From: Octopus bimaculoides
Lineage: Eukaryota
Assembly: GCF_001194135.2 (NCBI RefSeq)
Contig: NC_068987.1
Location: 37,438,867 to 37,500,838, forward strand
Direction of reading: 5' to 3'
Length of the DNA stretch: 61,972 bases
Below, in pieces: positions 37,431 through 49,564 of this stretch (its first letter is position 1; each line of letters opens with the position of its first letter). Below the pieces are notes generated by a model, which saw nothing but the letters and a program-made list of their open reading frames with translations, searched no databases and was not told the DNA's origin. The position numbers and the translations under genes are program-made.

Positions 37431-38267
37431 CGCTTCCAGAACTCTCTTTATGTCAATAAAGTTACAAGATTTCAGTTAAATTCTTACCTTCAATTTATCT
37501 AGCCTTAACTTCCAGACTGGCATCCTTACAATCCGTTCAATAAATACACACCGGCGCCTTTTTACTCTCCTCCCTTCCTCTTTCATACGTTTCGTATCAC
37601 ACCTCTACTTCTCACTCCACATCTACTCCACGCAATCACACTCAACATGAACACACACTCACACCATACATACTTCGGCATCTCCCTTCATAGACCAGTT
37701 CTGTTCTTACTTTACATACAGAGACACGCCTGTCACTTATACACACCTCCATTCAATGGCCATGTCTCGCACTTTGACACCCGCCACACACACACACGCA
37801 CATCTACTCAAATTTACTCTTCGATAAAAAAGTAATTAGATTTCACCGTTGATTCACTTACCTCTTTACACTGATGTCTGCTTACCACTGCCGACTCACA
37901 AACACACAAATACATTCTTCAGCTACTTCTTTTGTTAAAGCTGTCAAATAGAAAAAAAAACACATTTCTGTTTACCTTTTCTGCAGTCAACCGCTTTTTC
38001 ATCGCTCCAACTCGCATGCTGTTTCGGCCTATAAACACTTTCGTTCGTAGTATATTTCACGTTTACGGCTGTGATTTTGCCTCCTATTATTTCTCCTGTT
38101 TTTCTTCCCTTTCTTTTTGTACATGCGCTCATCTGTACACAAAAATAAACTTTTATGCTGGCTTTTCCAGTATAAGCACGCCCACTAACTCTGGGTAACA
38201 ATCCTGCACTTCCGTTATAGCATGATTTCTAATTACACACACACACGCACACACACACAGACACACA

Positions 38268-38309
<42 letters not shown>

Positions 38310-38627
38310 CACACACACACACACACATACNNNNNNNNNNNNNNNNNNNNNNNNNNNNNNNNNNNNNNNNACAGACACGCACACACACACACACACATAC
38401 ACACACACACACACGCACATACACACACACACACACACACAGACACACACACACACACACACACGCACATACACACACAAATATTGTACAAACTTTCAGC
38501 CTCCATATAACATCCTACAACAACGTCGTTACATTTATTTATATACGCGTATACACACACTCGCACAAAACGCACCAAACACATGCGTAAGTTTTCACAC
38601 TTACACATATCTACACACATACATGCC

Positions 38628-38730
38628 TACCACAAAGCAGGCACATGAACATTTCATTTCTACCTGAGGAAAGACTGACGTCTGAAACAGTAAGCTATTC
38701 CATTCTCTTACTAAGTGTTAAACTAACACC
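38628..38730 (+). mobile_element. ~105-bp short element with hammerhead-like core (38661-38692)
   Basis: TAC-CTGAGGA-A-AGAC(TGAC)GTCT-GAAA-CA-GTA. A second, inverted copy lies at 39541-39645. Confidence 0.55.
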
Positions 38731-38790
38731 TTATCCTCGTACTTTGTACTTTCCTTGATCTTTGATGTATTTTAAGTATTTTTGAATTTG

Positions 38791-38833
<43 letters not shown>

Positions 38834-39223
38834 NNNNNNNNNNNNNNNNNNNNNNNNNNNNNNNNNNNNNNNNNNNNNNNNNNNNNNNNNNNNNNNNNNN
38901 NNNNNNNNNNNNNNNNNNNNNNNNNNNNNNNNNNNNNNNNNNNNNNNNNNNNNNNNNNNNNNNNNNNNNNNNNNNNNNNNNNNNNNNNNNNNNNNNNNNN
39001 NNNNNNNNNNNNNNNNNNNNNNNNNNNNNNNNNNNNNNNNNNNNNNNNNNNNNNNNNNNNNNNNNNNNNNNNNNNNNNNNNNNNNNNNNNNNNNNNNNNN
39101 NNNNNNNNNNNNNNNNNNNNNNNNNNNNNNNNNNNNNNNNNNNNNNNNNNNNNNNNNNNNNNNNNNNNNNNNNNNNNNNNNNNNNNNNNNNNNNNNNNNN
39201 NNNNNNNNNNNNNNNNNNNNNNN

Positions 39224-39254
<31 letters not shown>

Positions 39255-39265
<11 letters not shown>

Positions 39266-39460
39266 AATCCCAACAAAGAAGAACAACAAACACAAAAAAC
39301 AACAACGCGAGGACGTGGTACATGTAAAATATTACCAGACGCTCAAAGAAGGAAAGAAAGATGGTTTAACGTTTCGAGCAAGGCTCTTCTTCAGAAACAG
39401 GAAAGTCCAATAGAGAGGATGGCAGAGGAAGAAAATCGCTAACGATTCACACGTGGTTAC
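39255..39460 (-). mobile_element. Penelope-type terminal-repeat fragment
   Basis: Same family as 23150-23355. Confidence 0.6.
39364..39398 (-). ncRNA. Intact minimal type I hammerhead ribozyme motif
   Basis: GTTT-CTGAAGA-A-GAGC(CTT)GCTC-GAAA-CG-TT-AAAC. All core positions are present, helices I and II are 4 bp each, helix III is palindromic ACGT, triplet GUU. Confidence 0.7.
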
Positions 39461-39469
39461 GTGTGTGTG

Positions 39470-39740
39470 TGAGGGCGCATGGCTCAGTGGTTAGGGTGTT
39501 GCACTCATGATCTAGTGATCATGATTTCAATTCCTAGACCGGGTGTTAGTTTAGCGTTTAGAAGGAAAATGGAGTTGCATACTGTTTCAGACGTCAGTCC
39601 TTCCTCAGGTAGAAAATGAAATGGTTATGTGTATGCTTTGTGCTTTGTGCGTTGTGTTCTTGAGCAAAACACTTCATCTCATGTTGTTCGGCGATCACTT
39701 CGACACCTGACACGTGGTACACTGTGCACCTGTTCAGAGG
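39470..39740 (+). mobile_element. SINE family C copy interrupted by a ~105-bp insertion
   Basis: Head GCATGGCTCAGTGGTTAG…TTCAATTCC to 39540; resumes at GTGCGTTGTGTTCTTGAGCAAAACAC (~39647). Confidence 0.65.
39541..39645 (-). mobile_element. Second copy of the ~105-bp hammerhead-core element (motif 39580-39611)
   Basis: Reverse complement aligns with 38628-38730 over its whole length. Both copies end at AAACTAACAC. Confidence 0.55.
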
Positions 39741-39775
39741 TCGAAAATGCTAAAATAATTTTATAAAAAACATTT

Positions 39776-39811
39776 CAGTACCGGTTTCGGTCATTGAGAC
39801 TTCTTCAACTG
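39776..39811 (-). ncRNA. Minimal hammerhead motif (C3U variant), palindromic helix III
   Basis: CAG-TTGAAGA-A-GTC(TCAAT)GAC-C-GAAA-CCG-GTA-CTG. ACCGGT palindrome, triplet GUA. Confidence 0.55.
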
Positions 39812-41030
39812 TAGGTATGGAAAACAATTAAATTTTGGAAAAATTAAATGCAAAGTGTTTTAAAAGAATATTTGCATAGTATTCAAATACAAGGGGCATT
39901 TTCCTTGTCTCTGCCTGTCTCTGTCTCTCTTGTTTACTCTTTTGGGTTCGAGGTCGTTGTGAATTCTTGGCAGAGAAGAAGAAGAAGAAGAAGAAGAAGA
40001 AGAAGAAGAAGAAGAAGAAGAAGAAGAAGAAGAAGAAGAATGAGGGAGTGTTATGATAGTAGTAGGATGTTAAATGGTCAAGTGCCCTGAAAGTGACTTG
40101 TTGTGGATGGTAGTAGTGACTGAATTCTTGAGATATCTCTTTTGAATGTATTGTTTATAATATTTGTGTAGGTATTATTCTAAACAGCATTTGTAGTAAA
40201 GTAAGGAAGGAGGTGGCGGAAAGGAAGAAGAAGACAAAGAAGAAAAAGGAGAGGAAAAGAAAAGAAAGAATAATAAAAGAATGCGGGATGGTATGATAGT
40301 AGTGGGATGTTAAATGGTCAAGCGACCTAAAAGTGGCTCATTGTGGATTATAGCAGTGATTGGGACTGTTTTTAATGAATTCTTGGGTATCTCTTTTGAA
40401 TGTATTATTTTTAATATTTGTGTGTGTGTTATTCTAAGGTCGTGGTGGATACGTCATTTGTTGTAGATGCGTTCAAAAGGGGTCTGCATTTTGTGATAAA
40501 GAAATACTCTTTACTAATTCTCTGGCTACAAGTTGTATCGTCCCTGAATTAATAGAGGGGAAAGTTCTGAAGCTTGGATTTTTGTTATTGGCGCAAATGT
40601 CGATGTGTTGGATGAATGCTATTTTTCTGTTTTTTTAAATTTTGATCTGGGATCTGTGCAGAGCCATCCTTTGACGTAGACAGTTTTTTGTTTGGCCTAT
40701 GTATTGCTCTTGACACCCAGAGCAGGTTAGTGCGTATATCAGGTTCTCCGAAGCACATGTGAAGTTGCTTTTCACTGTGAAACGTTGTCCCTGTTTGAAG
40801 GAGAACTCCGATCCCTCAAGTAAATTGACGCATATCCCACAGTTGGCCCTTCCGCATTTTTTACTGACGTTTTCAGTGTTGTTGTTGAGCGTATTCGGGG
40901 TTGTGTTAGGAGACTTTTCATAGATTTGGGCTATCTCTTGCCTTTTTATGAAGGTGTGTGTTTGGAAGATTAAGTTCATTCTGTGGTCCTTTTTCAGCAG
41001 GGGAATGTCTCGAAGGCTTCATTGTTAAGA
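39776..41030 (-). mobile_element. Penelope-like element 3' portion (Cys-rich linker, GIY-YIG, duplicated 3' region, terminal hammerhead)
   Basis: KCGRANCGIC…FTCASENLIYALTCSGCQEQYIGQT…LRQRMALHRSQI. Confidence 0.85.
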
Positions 41031-41861
41031 GGGTTGTGTGTGTGATGTATGGTAGGGTTGTGTATCTGAAAGGAGTGTCAATGGAAAAGAGAAGGAAAGA
41101 AAGAAAGAAAGAAGAAAGGAAGAAGAAGGAATTGTGTTTACATCTATACAGCTAGTTAGTTCAAAAAAGGAAGGAGACAAATATGAAAACCTAGTTAACC
41201 AGGTTCAATTCTAGTTGGCACAAAAATGTCCCACTATCTGGGTTTCTTGCCTTTTTTAGGCTCTGTTGTTCCAAAGTTGAATTTAAGATTAAGAATAATG
41301 AAATATTGTGATGAATCAATGAGTGAGGTATCTAAATATTGGTAAGTTCATTTTGTCATAGGCACGGATCAAAAATAAATATAAAATATNNNNNNNNNNN
41401 NNNNNNNNNNNNNNNNNNNNNNNNNNNNNNNNNNNNNNNNNNNNNNNNNNNNNNNNNNNNNNNNNNNNNNNNNNNNNNNNNNNNNNNNNNNNNNNNNNNN
41501 NNNNNNNNNNNNNNNNNNNNNNNNNNNNNNNNNNNNNNNNNNNNNNNNNNNNNNNNNNNNNNNNNNNNNNNNNNNNNNNNNNNNNNNNNNNNNNNNNNNN
41601 NNNNNNNNNNNNNNNNNNNNNNNNNNNNNNNNNNNNNNNNNNNNNNNNNNNNNNNNNNNNNNNNNNNNNNNNNNNNNNNNNNNNNNNNNNNNNNNNNNNN
41701 NNNNNNNNNNNNNNNNNNNNNNNNNNNNNNNNNNNNNNNNNNNNNNNNNNNNNNNNNNNNNNNNNNNNNNNNNNNNNNNNNNNNNNNNNNNNNNNNNNNN
41801 NNNNNNNNNNNNNNNNNNNNNNNNNNNNNNNNNNNNNNNNNNNNNNNNNNNNNNNNNNNNN

Positions 41862-41908
<47 letters not shown>

Positions 41909-42139
41909 GACACGTGCGAGCGCGTTACGGTACAGGATACATTAAAGAATTTAAGATGAGTTTAAGTTTGTAAAACCACACGCTGAGGATCTTTAAAGAT
42001 GTGGAAGCAAACCGTTACTCTCTTCGTAGAAAGGAAGATAAAGGAAACCGTATTAATGTCATACTGAATGTGCTTATATGTGTCTATATGTGTGTATGCA
42101 GGTATGAGTGTGTCAGTGTGTGTGTGTGTGTGCGTGTAT

Positions 42140-42188
<49 letters not shown>

Positions 42189-42464
42189 AGGGAGAGAAAG
42201 AGAGAGAGAAATGATATGTTTTTAAGAGATGATGGATATATTTCGTTAGTTTTTCTTTAGTTCATATATTTCCTGTTTGAAAATATCAGGTGTACGGCTG
42301 TAAGCATACTGTTATCGAGTAAATCATTCATCGACAACTAGATATGGTTTCATCTTTTACCAAAAATAGTTAAGATTTTACTTAACAGTTGATAAATAGA
42401 CAAAAGTACAATGAAGTATATTTAGATCTAGAAATTTACGTAATGCTGTGCATAAATGTATGTA

Positions 42465-42532
<68 letters not shown>

Positions 42533-43302
42533 GAGAAGCACTGCCCGTTCGGGATAAGCTCTGCAGGCACGATTCGAGACACACCGGATCGAGTTGCCCG
42601 AGATGAGGTCAGAACGACGAAATCGTTCTGCACGCACTCGTGCAGTGTCCAACCATTTCAGACCTGTGGGTTTATGCCGAACGGTTACTGTCACGTGTAG
42701 GACGAGACCACTTGTCGGCCGAATCTATCGTGAAAATTGCTCCGCCATGTTCCCTCAACCGGGAAGGCAAGGCACTGTTCATCGTACTGGTGGCCATGGT
42801 GAAAGAATGTGTGTGGTAGACTCGAGCGAAAGTTTAGAGACAATCACTTTCCTCTCTGGTCAATCGCTCATCAACTTTTTCAAGTACCACTTGAATAGGA
42901 AAGTGAGAATAGAGAGGCAAGTTTTGTCTCGTGAAAGTTGCAATAAAAGGTGGGTGAATGTAGCAAAGGTGGTACGCGCTAATGACGAAACCAATTTGAA
43001 CATGATCCTGCAAATCGAAAAGAGAGAGAGAGCACTTTGCTCTCATGTGTTTTTTTACCTCCGCGCCTGAGGTTACCGTTGTCTTTTCCGTAGGCTTTTC
43101 TTTCCACGGATAAACCTAATCTATTTTTCACATTTATGATATTTTCTGTGATACACGATCCCTTTTGATCGCTTTTTACACGATCCCTTTTGATCGCTTT
43201 TTACACGACCCCTTTTGATCGGATTTTTTTTTTCGAAAAGAAGAGCTCTACATTGTAATTTGTCCCCTCTGTGTTCAGCCCTGCGTGGCTAGTAAAGAAA
43301 CT
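42533..43302 (+). mobile_element. 5'-truncated Tx1-like LINE (ORF2 C-terminus and 3' UTR) within a (TATC)n tract
   Basis: FLSGQSLINFFKYHLNRKVRIERQVLSRESCNKRWVNVA resembles the C-terminus at 3374-3500 (FFKCHLKRKMGLEIRCLSESVFKKRWMRVA). (TATC)n lies on both sides. Confidence 0.75.
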
Positions 43303-43830
43303 TATCTATCTATCTATCTCATATGCATGCGTGTGTGTATGCATATATTAGTGATATATCAATATATTTATGTACACATGCCGAAATGTTTACACATGCC
43401 GAAATGTTTGTACATTTGTGTGCGTTTTCGTGCATTCGCGTGTATAGTAAAGTTTCTCCTGACTAAAACATTACTTTCCGCCTGACAGTTTATTCAAGCT
43501 GTCTTTCATTCTATTCCCAATCATTAAATATTTCTTTATTATTCCACAACTTGCTTTGATATCATAGAAAATAATGTGGAATAATACTATATAAACTAGG
43601 CACGATATTTGATATGCTCGACGGAACCGTTGAAGGCGATGTCCAGCATGACTACAAACCGATTTGTAGTAAAAGGGTGGATTAAATTAAGTTAAATTTA
43701 TTTATATTCTTACAACTGGAATAATTACTGTAGGATATTTGCAAATATTCTCGACAGACAGCGTCTATAGTTACACCCTTTACATATGTAATTATATATA
43801 CTTATTTGCAGAACACACACGCACAAACAC

Positions 43831-43875
<45 letters not shown>

Positions 43876-44654
43876 TACAAATATATGCATACAAAGAATA
43901 CATATATGCATATATATATATATATATATATATATTTCATTTTTGTGAGTTCGTGTGTTGAAGCATATTCTGTTGTCTGNNNNNNNNNNNNNNNNNNNNN
44001 NNNNNNNNNNNNNNNNNNNNNNNNNNNNNNNNNNNNNNNNNNNNNNNNNNNNNNNNNNNNNNNNNNNNNNNNNNNNNNNNNNNNNNNNNNNNNNNNNNNN
44101 NNNNNNNNNNNNNNNNNNNNNNNNNNNNNNNNNNNNNNNNNNNNNNNNNNNNNNNNNNNNNNNNNNNNNNNNNNNNNNNNNNNNNNNNNNNNNNNNNNNN
44201 NNNNNNNNNNNNNNNNNNNNNNNNNNNNNNNNNNNNNNNNNNNNNNNNNNNNNNNNNNNNNNNNNNNNNNNNNNNNNNNNNNNNNNNNNNNNNNNNNNNN
44301 NNNNNNNNNNNNNNNNNNNNNNNNNNNNNNNNNNNNNNNNNNNNNNNNNNNNNNNNNNNNNNNNNNNNNNNNNNNNNNNNNNNNNNNNNNNNNNNNNNNN
44401 NNNNNNNNNNNNNNNNNNNNNNNNNNNNNNNNNNNNNNNNNNNNNNNNNNNNNNNNNNNNNNNNNNNNNNNNNNNNNNNNNNNNNNNNNNNNNNNNNNNN
44501 NNNNNNNNNNNNNNNNNNNNNNNNNNNNNNNNNNNNNNNNNNNNNNNNNNNNNNNNNNNNNNNNNNNNNNNNNNNNNNNNNNNNNNNNNNNNNNNNNNNN
44601 NNNNNNNNNNNNNNNNNNNNNNNNNNNNNNNNNNNNNNNTATATATATATATAC

Positions 44655-44770
44655 AAGAGTTTGGTCGGTCTGAGGCTATAATAAAAGACACCCAAGTTGC
44701 CATACAGTGGAACTGGACCCGGAACCATGTGGTTGGGAAGCAAGCTTCTTACCACACACCCACACCTGCT
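44655..44770 (-). mobile_element. SINE family A, 5' half
   Basis: TTTGGTCGGTCTGAGGCTATA…GGAACCATGTGGTTGGGAAGCAAGCTTCTTACCACAC. Confidence 0.75.
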
Positions 44771-45348
44771 CCAATCTCACTTATCATCACATTATTTATC
44801 TCTGTCCAACTGTAGATGTTCTTCTTGTTCACAGGGACAGAGAAAAGGATGTAGTTTTAAACATAAATCTCTAGTAAATCATGTTCACAGCGCAGTTTCA
44901 ATTACCCTCAAACAACATAGATATGAACTTCATCAACATCCTACCACGATATTAGGGTTCTCAAGTTGTTAGTAGCAGGACATTGTATTTGTCACTAAGA
45001 GACTTCACTCTCACTAATCGCGTTAACTACAGCAGTGTAATATATTCCCTAGGATAAGCAGTAGCTCAGTGTAAGATTCCTGCATTATTCGTTAGTTTAT
45101 TACTCTTCTTTGAAGTCCTTGGGAAAATAAATAGCAAATATACTCCCACTTTCCTCCCTGCGTGAACACTAGGTCTTTGGTCGTAACCTGGTCATCTAGT
45201 TGAAATTACAGTCCCGTCAACGTTGTCCTTTAGCTGAAGTATGTACACCACACAGTGTTGCTCCTTCTTTTATGGAAAATGTAGGCTCATAAATCTGAGA
45301 CGAAAATTGTACTCTAAATTCTTATAATTTTCAAATTCCCTTTTACAG

Positions 45349-45881
45349 ATAATGCTGACCGTCCAAATGTGTGTTGCTATCTGGGACGAGTAGCTGGTGA
45401 ACGTGGTTTCCACTGCCATTCCGATGTCTATAAAGCCAGATACGACAAACGAAACCAGAATAGAATTCAATGGCTGAGAAAACATTTCACAGACAGCAGC
45501 AATGGTGGCAACTCTCAACTGAAATTCATTCGCAGGAAATTCGATGTGCGTGGTAACCGCCATTTGTCCAGATCAAGCAAGGTATCTCCTCTTTATAGAA
45601 TCTACAAAGACCACAAGAATGACGATGATGATGACGACGGTAGTAGCACGAACTATAACGGAAACGACTTAGAAAGGAAGAAAGTATGGGAGGAAAAGAA
45701 TGCAATTAAATCGTTGATGTTTAATTTTCAAAGTTGCGTCTTTCGAAGACCCCAAGATTTTCATCGATGCTGCTATACAGCCAGCTATCGGAAACAACAA
45801 ATGTACCGTTTTCACCGGCACAAACACTTCAGTCACGGTTACAATTCTGTAAACGGGCACGTGATAAACTATTTTTATTAA
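45349..45881 (+). CDS. Putative terminal coding exon: anaphylatoxin (ANATO)-like six-Cys module with a long insert, host gene of unknown identity
   Basis: Acceptor TTTTCAAATTCCCTTTTACAG (AG 45347-45348), phase 1. 533 nt open to TAA 45879-45881 in unique sequence. CCYLG-x9-C…C-x7-FHRCC. Candidate AATAAA at 46330. Confidence 0.75.
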
Positions 45882-46187
45882 AAGATACTATACAGTTTAC
45901 ATATATATATACATATATATATANNNNNNNNNNNNNNNNNNNNNNNNNNNNNNNNNNNNNNNNNNNNNNNNNNNNNNNNNNNNNNNNNNNNNNNNNNNNN
46001 NNNNNNNNNNNNNNNNNNNNNNNNNNNNNNNNNNNNNNNNNNNNNNNNNNNNNNNNNNNNNNNNNNNNNNNNNNNNNNNNNNNNNNNNNNNNNNNNNNNN
46101 NNNNNNNNNNNNNNNNNNNNNNNNNNNNNNNNNNNNNNNNNNNNNNNNNNNNNNNNNNNNNNNNNNNNNNNNNNNNNNNNNNNNNNN

Positions 46188-46226
<39 letters not shown>

Positions 46227-46963
46227 TTATGTATATGCATATATATGTGTGCGTGTGTGTGTGCGTGTGTGAGTGCGCGCGTATATGTATGTATTGCGAC
46301 AAAGATTATGTACACGAAATACATTAACAAATAAAACGAAATGAAGAAAATGAAGTTAATAACAATATAGTGCCAATTAAATCACTATAAACACACGCGT
46401 GCGCACGCACACACACACTTACCTATATACATACATACATACATACATACATACATACATACATACACACATACCTATATATATACATACATGCATACAT
46501 ACACACCAATACCTGTAATTTATCGAATGCACCATGCTCATAAATCTTTGTCTCCATTTAATGATGTATGTTTATATGTATATATATGCATATATATGTG
46601 ATAGTGAGTGTGTGTACAGGTACATATGTTGTATTGTGTCATGATACAGTGTGCTGAAGTCGTTTTGTAATCAAGGCCAGTAATTCTTTAAGCTGCTGCA
46701 TTCTTATTGAATAAGTTGGATTAGTCACAGCTTTAATGGACAAGCAAACAGAAGCAAACACGGTGACCTTCATCTTACAATATTTTATTTGGTAACTGGA
46801 AACAAGCTGACGTCTCTTATTTGCTATGTTTTCACTACGTTCTAGAATGAAATAAAAATGTGATTTTTTACACATCCCCTTCTAGGCTTTTGGGAATGTA
46901 AAAGACCAGTAAGAGAAGAATAAACAACCATAAATACTTCTTTGATACGTCAATAATAACAAA

Positions 46964-47010
<47 letters not shown>

Positions 47011-47388
47011 NNNNNNNNNNNNNNNNNNNNNNNNNNNNNNNNNNNNNNNNNNNNNNNNNNNNNNNNNNNNATATATATATATATATATATACATATATAT
47101 AGATATGGATATCCCTAATTGCATAATATTTTTATTTTGTGCTGTTAAATGTTTTAATTCTTTCTGTTTTCCTCACACACTGTTTTTCTCTGTTATCTTG
47201 GTGCGGTACGGTGGCTTGTTAAGCATCATTACGCTTCGTGCAAATTTATAATTCATAGCTATTTAATGCTATTGAGCCTGCGATCCACCTATGTCACTGC
47301 TGGTGATATCATCAATTTCAAAATTTATCCACAGATGATATGAACAGTAGTGGCATCTGATTTCAAATCTCAGTGTTTGAATGTTTTG

Positions 47389-47427
<39 letters not shown>

Positions 47428-47494
47428 CAGCTGCAAGTGACTTAAATCTTTGTGGGTGTGTGACGCCTCCATCTCATCAAATATCGCTTTAATA

Positions 47495-47677
47495 TTTTGG
47501 TACAAGGCCAGCAATTTGGGGGACGTGCAAGTCGATTACGTCGACCCAAGTGCTCAATTAGTATTTATTTTACCGACCCCGATAGGATGAAAAGCAAAGC
47601 CAACCAAGGCGGAATTTGAACTCAGAACGTAAACACGGTCGAAGTGCTGCTAAGCATTGAACCCGTCATGTTAATGC
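47495..47677 (-). mobile_element. SINE family B, diverged
   Basis: GGTACAAGGCCAGCAATTT…GGAATTTGAACTCAGAACGTAAA…CTGCTAAGCATT. Confidence 0.7.
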
Positions 47678-48167
47678 TGTGGAAGCGACACCATGTCCTC
47701 TATTGTTAGGCCCACGTGCTTTGACATGAAGTTGGCAATATGCTGTGCCACTCTGGCGGCAGGCTCCGATGTAGTGTATCCAACCGCATGAATTCTTTGC
47801 ACATAGTACGGTGGGTTATTGACGCGAGTCTGCTGTCCTTCAATGGACTATAAAAACATCAACGACAGCAATCTTTACCAAATTTGATGTTGTTACATTC
47901 ACTCCTCTCCGGATACCTGATGAGATGAACGCGTCCTATTCACCAATGAAATTTTAAGTCATATGTAACTGAATCAAATTGGTATTAAAAATATATGTAA
48001 CTACTACAAAATGTGTTGAGTATCACTTTCGTTTGTTCATTTACTCGTATGTGTGCGCGTGGGTGGGTGTATGTGTGTGTGCGCGTGTACCTGTGTCTGT
48101 ATGTATATATACATATTTATATATGTAATATATGTATGCATATATATATATATGTTTGAATATATAA

Positions 48168-48216
<49 letters not shown>

Positions 48217-48280
48217 GCATATTATATATTCAAACATACATGCATACACATTACACATTCATACACACACACACACACAT

Positions 48281-48314
<34 letters not shown>

Positions 48315-48423
48315 GTGCGTGTATATACATAAACAGAAACGATAGAATAGTATTTGCTTCATTATGTAGGCTGATATTGACATGTAGTCTATATTGTGTA
48401 TTGATATGCAACATAGTATATAC

Positions 48424-48620
48424 TCTTTTATTCTTTTATTTGTTTCAGTCATTTGACTGCGGCCATGTTGGAGCACCGCCTTTAGTCGAACAAATAGACC
48501 CCAGGACTTATTGTTTGTAAGCTTAGTACTTATTCTATTGATCCATTTTGCCGAACCGTTAAGTTACGGGGACACAAACACACCAGTATCGGTTGTCAAG
48601 TGATGTTGGTGGTGGGGACA
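48424..48620 (-). mobile_element. SINE family A, 3' half
   Basis: Reverse-complement match to 474-680. Confidence 0.85.
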
Positions 48621-49423
48621 AACATATGCATATATTGGATATATCATGTGTTGCATTTTAGAGTCACTAAATATTTCGAATCTTGCAACACACACTCTCT
48701 TATCTAAGTGATACAGTTGTGGTTGACTAAGTCTCAGCCTGTATCTATCTAACATTTTACTGACTCCACTCCTCTTAAACCAGAACCGTGTATATCCCTT
48801 CTCTGCTGTCTGTCAGTTGTTGGTGATGACTCTATTCCTGATCAGTCCTGTAATACCCAAAGCTCCATAAGCCTTATAATGGGAAAGACCTGCAAACCTT
48901 CGACTGCCCGCATACATGGGTATGCGCTTATGACTATAACATTCTCCCATTAATTTCTGGTATTTTACCCTATTGCGCATTATCTACCATCTCTCAATGG
49001 ACGGGTAGCAGTTTTGTGGTTTCAAAAATGAAAATGATGCCTTGTCTCGACAAGGTCTAAGCTATATATGAAAGAATTTTCAACCGTCAATTCAAGTCAT
49101 GCATTAACCAATCTCGTACTGTGGACAGAAAAAGTCTTAGTGATGTGCTTGAAGATATGCTCATGTTTCGAACGAGAGCGGTATTTGCCCACTTGTAGCG
49201 GTTGCCCAGGATATATTAAAAGGTCTCTGTGTTGGGGAACATGCAGAAGAGTGTTTGCACTATATCTCATGTAAATAAGTTGGATGAATTGGTACACACA
49301 AATACATACGTACAACCATATATATGTACATATATACGTGGGGCTTATGCATATATAGATACAGATATGTATCTCTCTGTCTGTTTGTGTGCGTGTGTGT
49401 TTGTTTATATATGCATACATACA

Positions 49424-49463
<40 letters not shown>

Positions 49464-49564
49464 GCACACACACACACATACACACACACACACACACACA
49501 AAATGATACGTATTTAATAGGGACATACCATACAATATATGTTGAAGTCACATAAAATATATAC

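Noticed and set aside
37987-38194. + strand exon candidate between the two host exons (good acceptor, TGG|GTAACA donor)
   Set aside because: Phase 1 in and phase 2 out would frameshift the 45349 exon, and the peptide is uninformative.
43152-43221. CRISPR-like array (25-bp repeats with small hairpin)
   Set aside because: Head-to-tail tandem units without spacers, inside a LINE 3' UTR of a eukaryote.
47917-47955. CTGATGA hammerhead core
   Set aside because: No properly placed helix II closure, GAAA or helix I.
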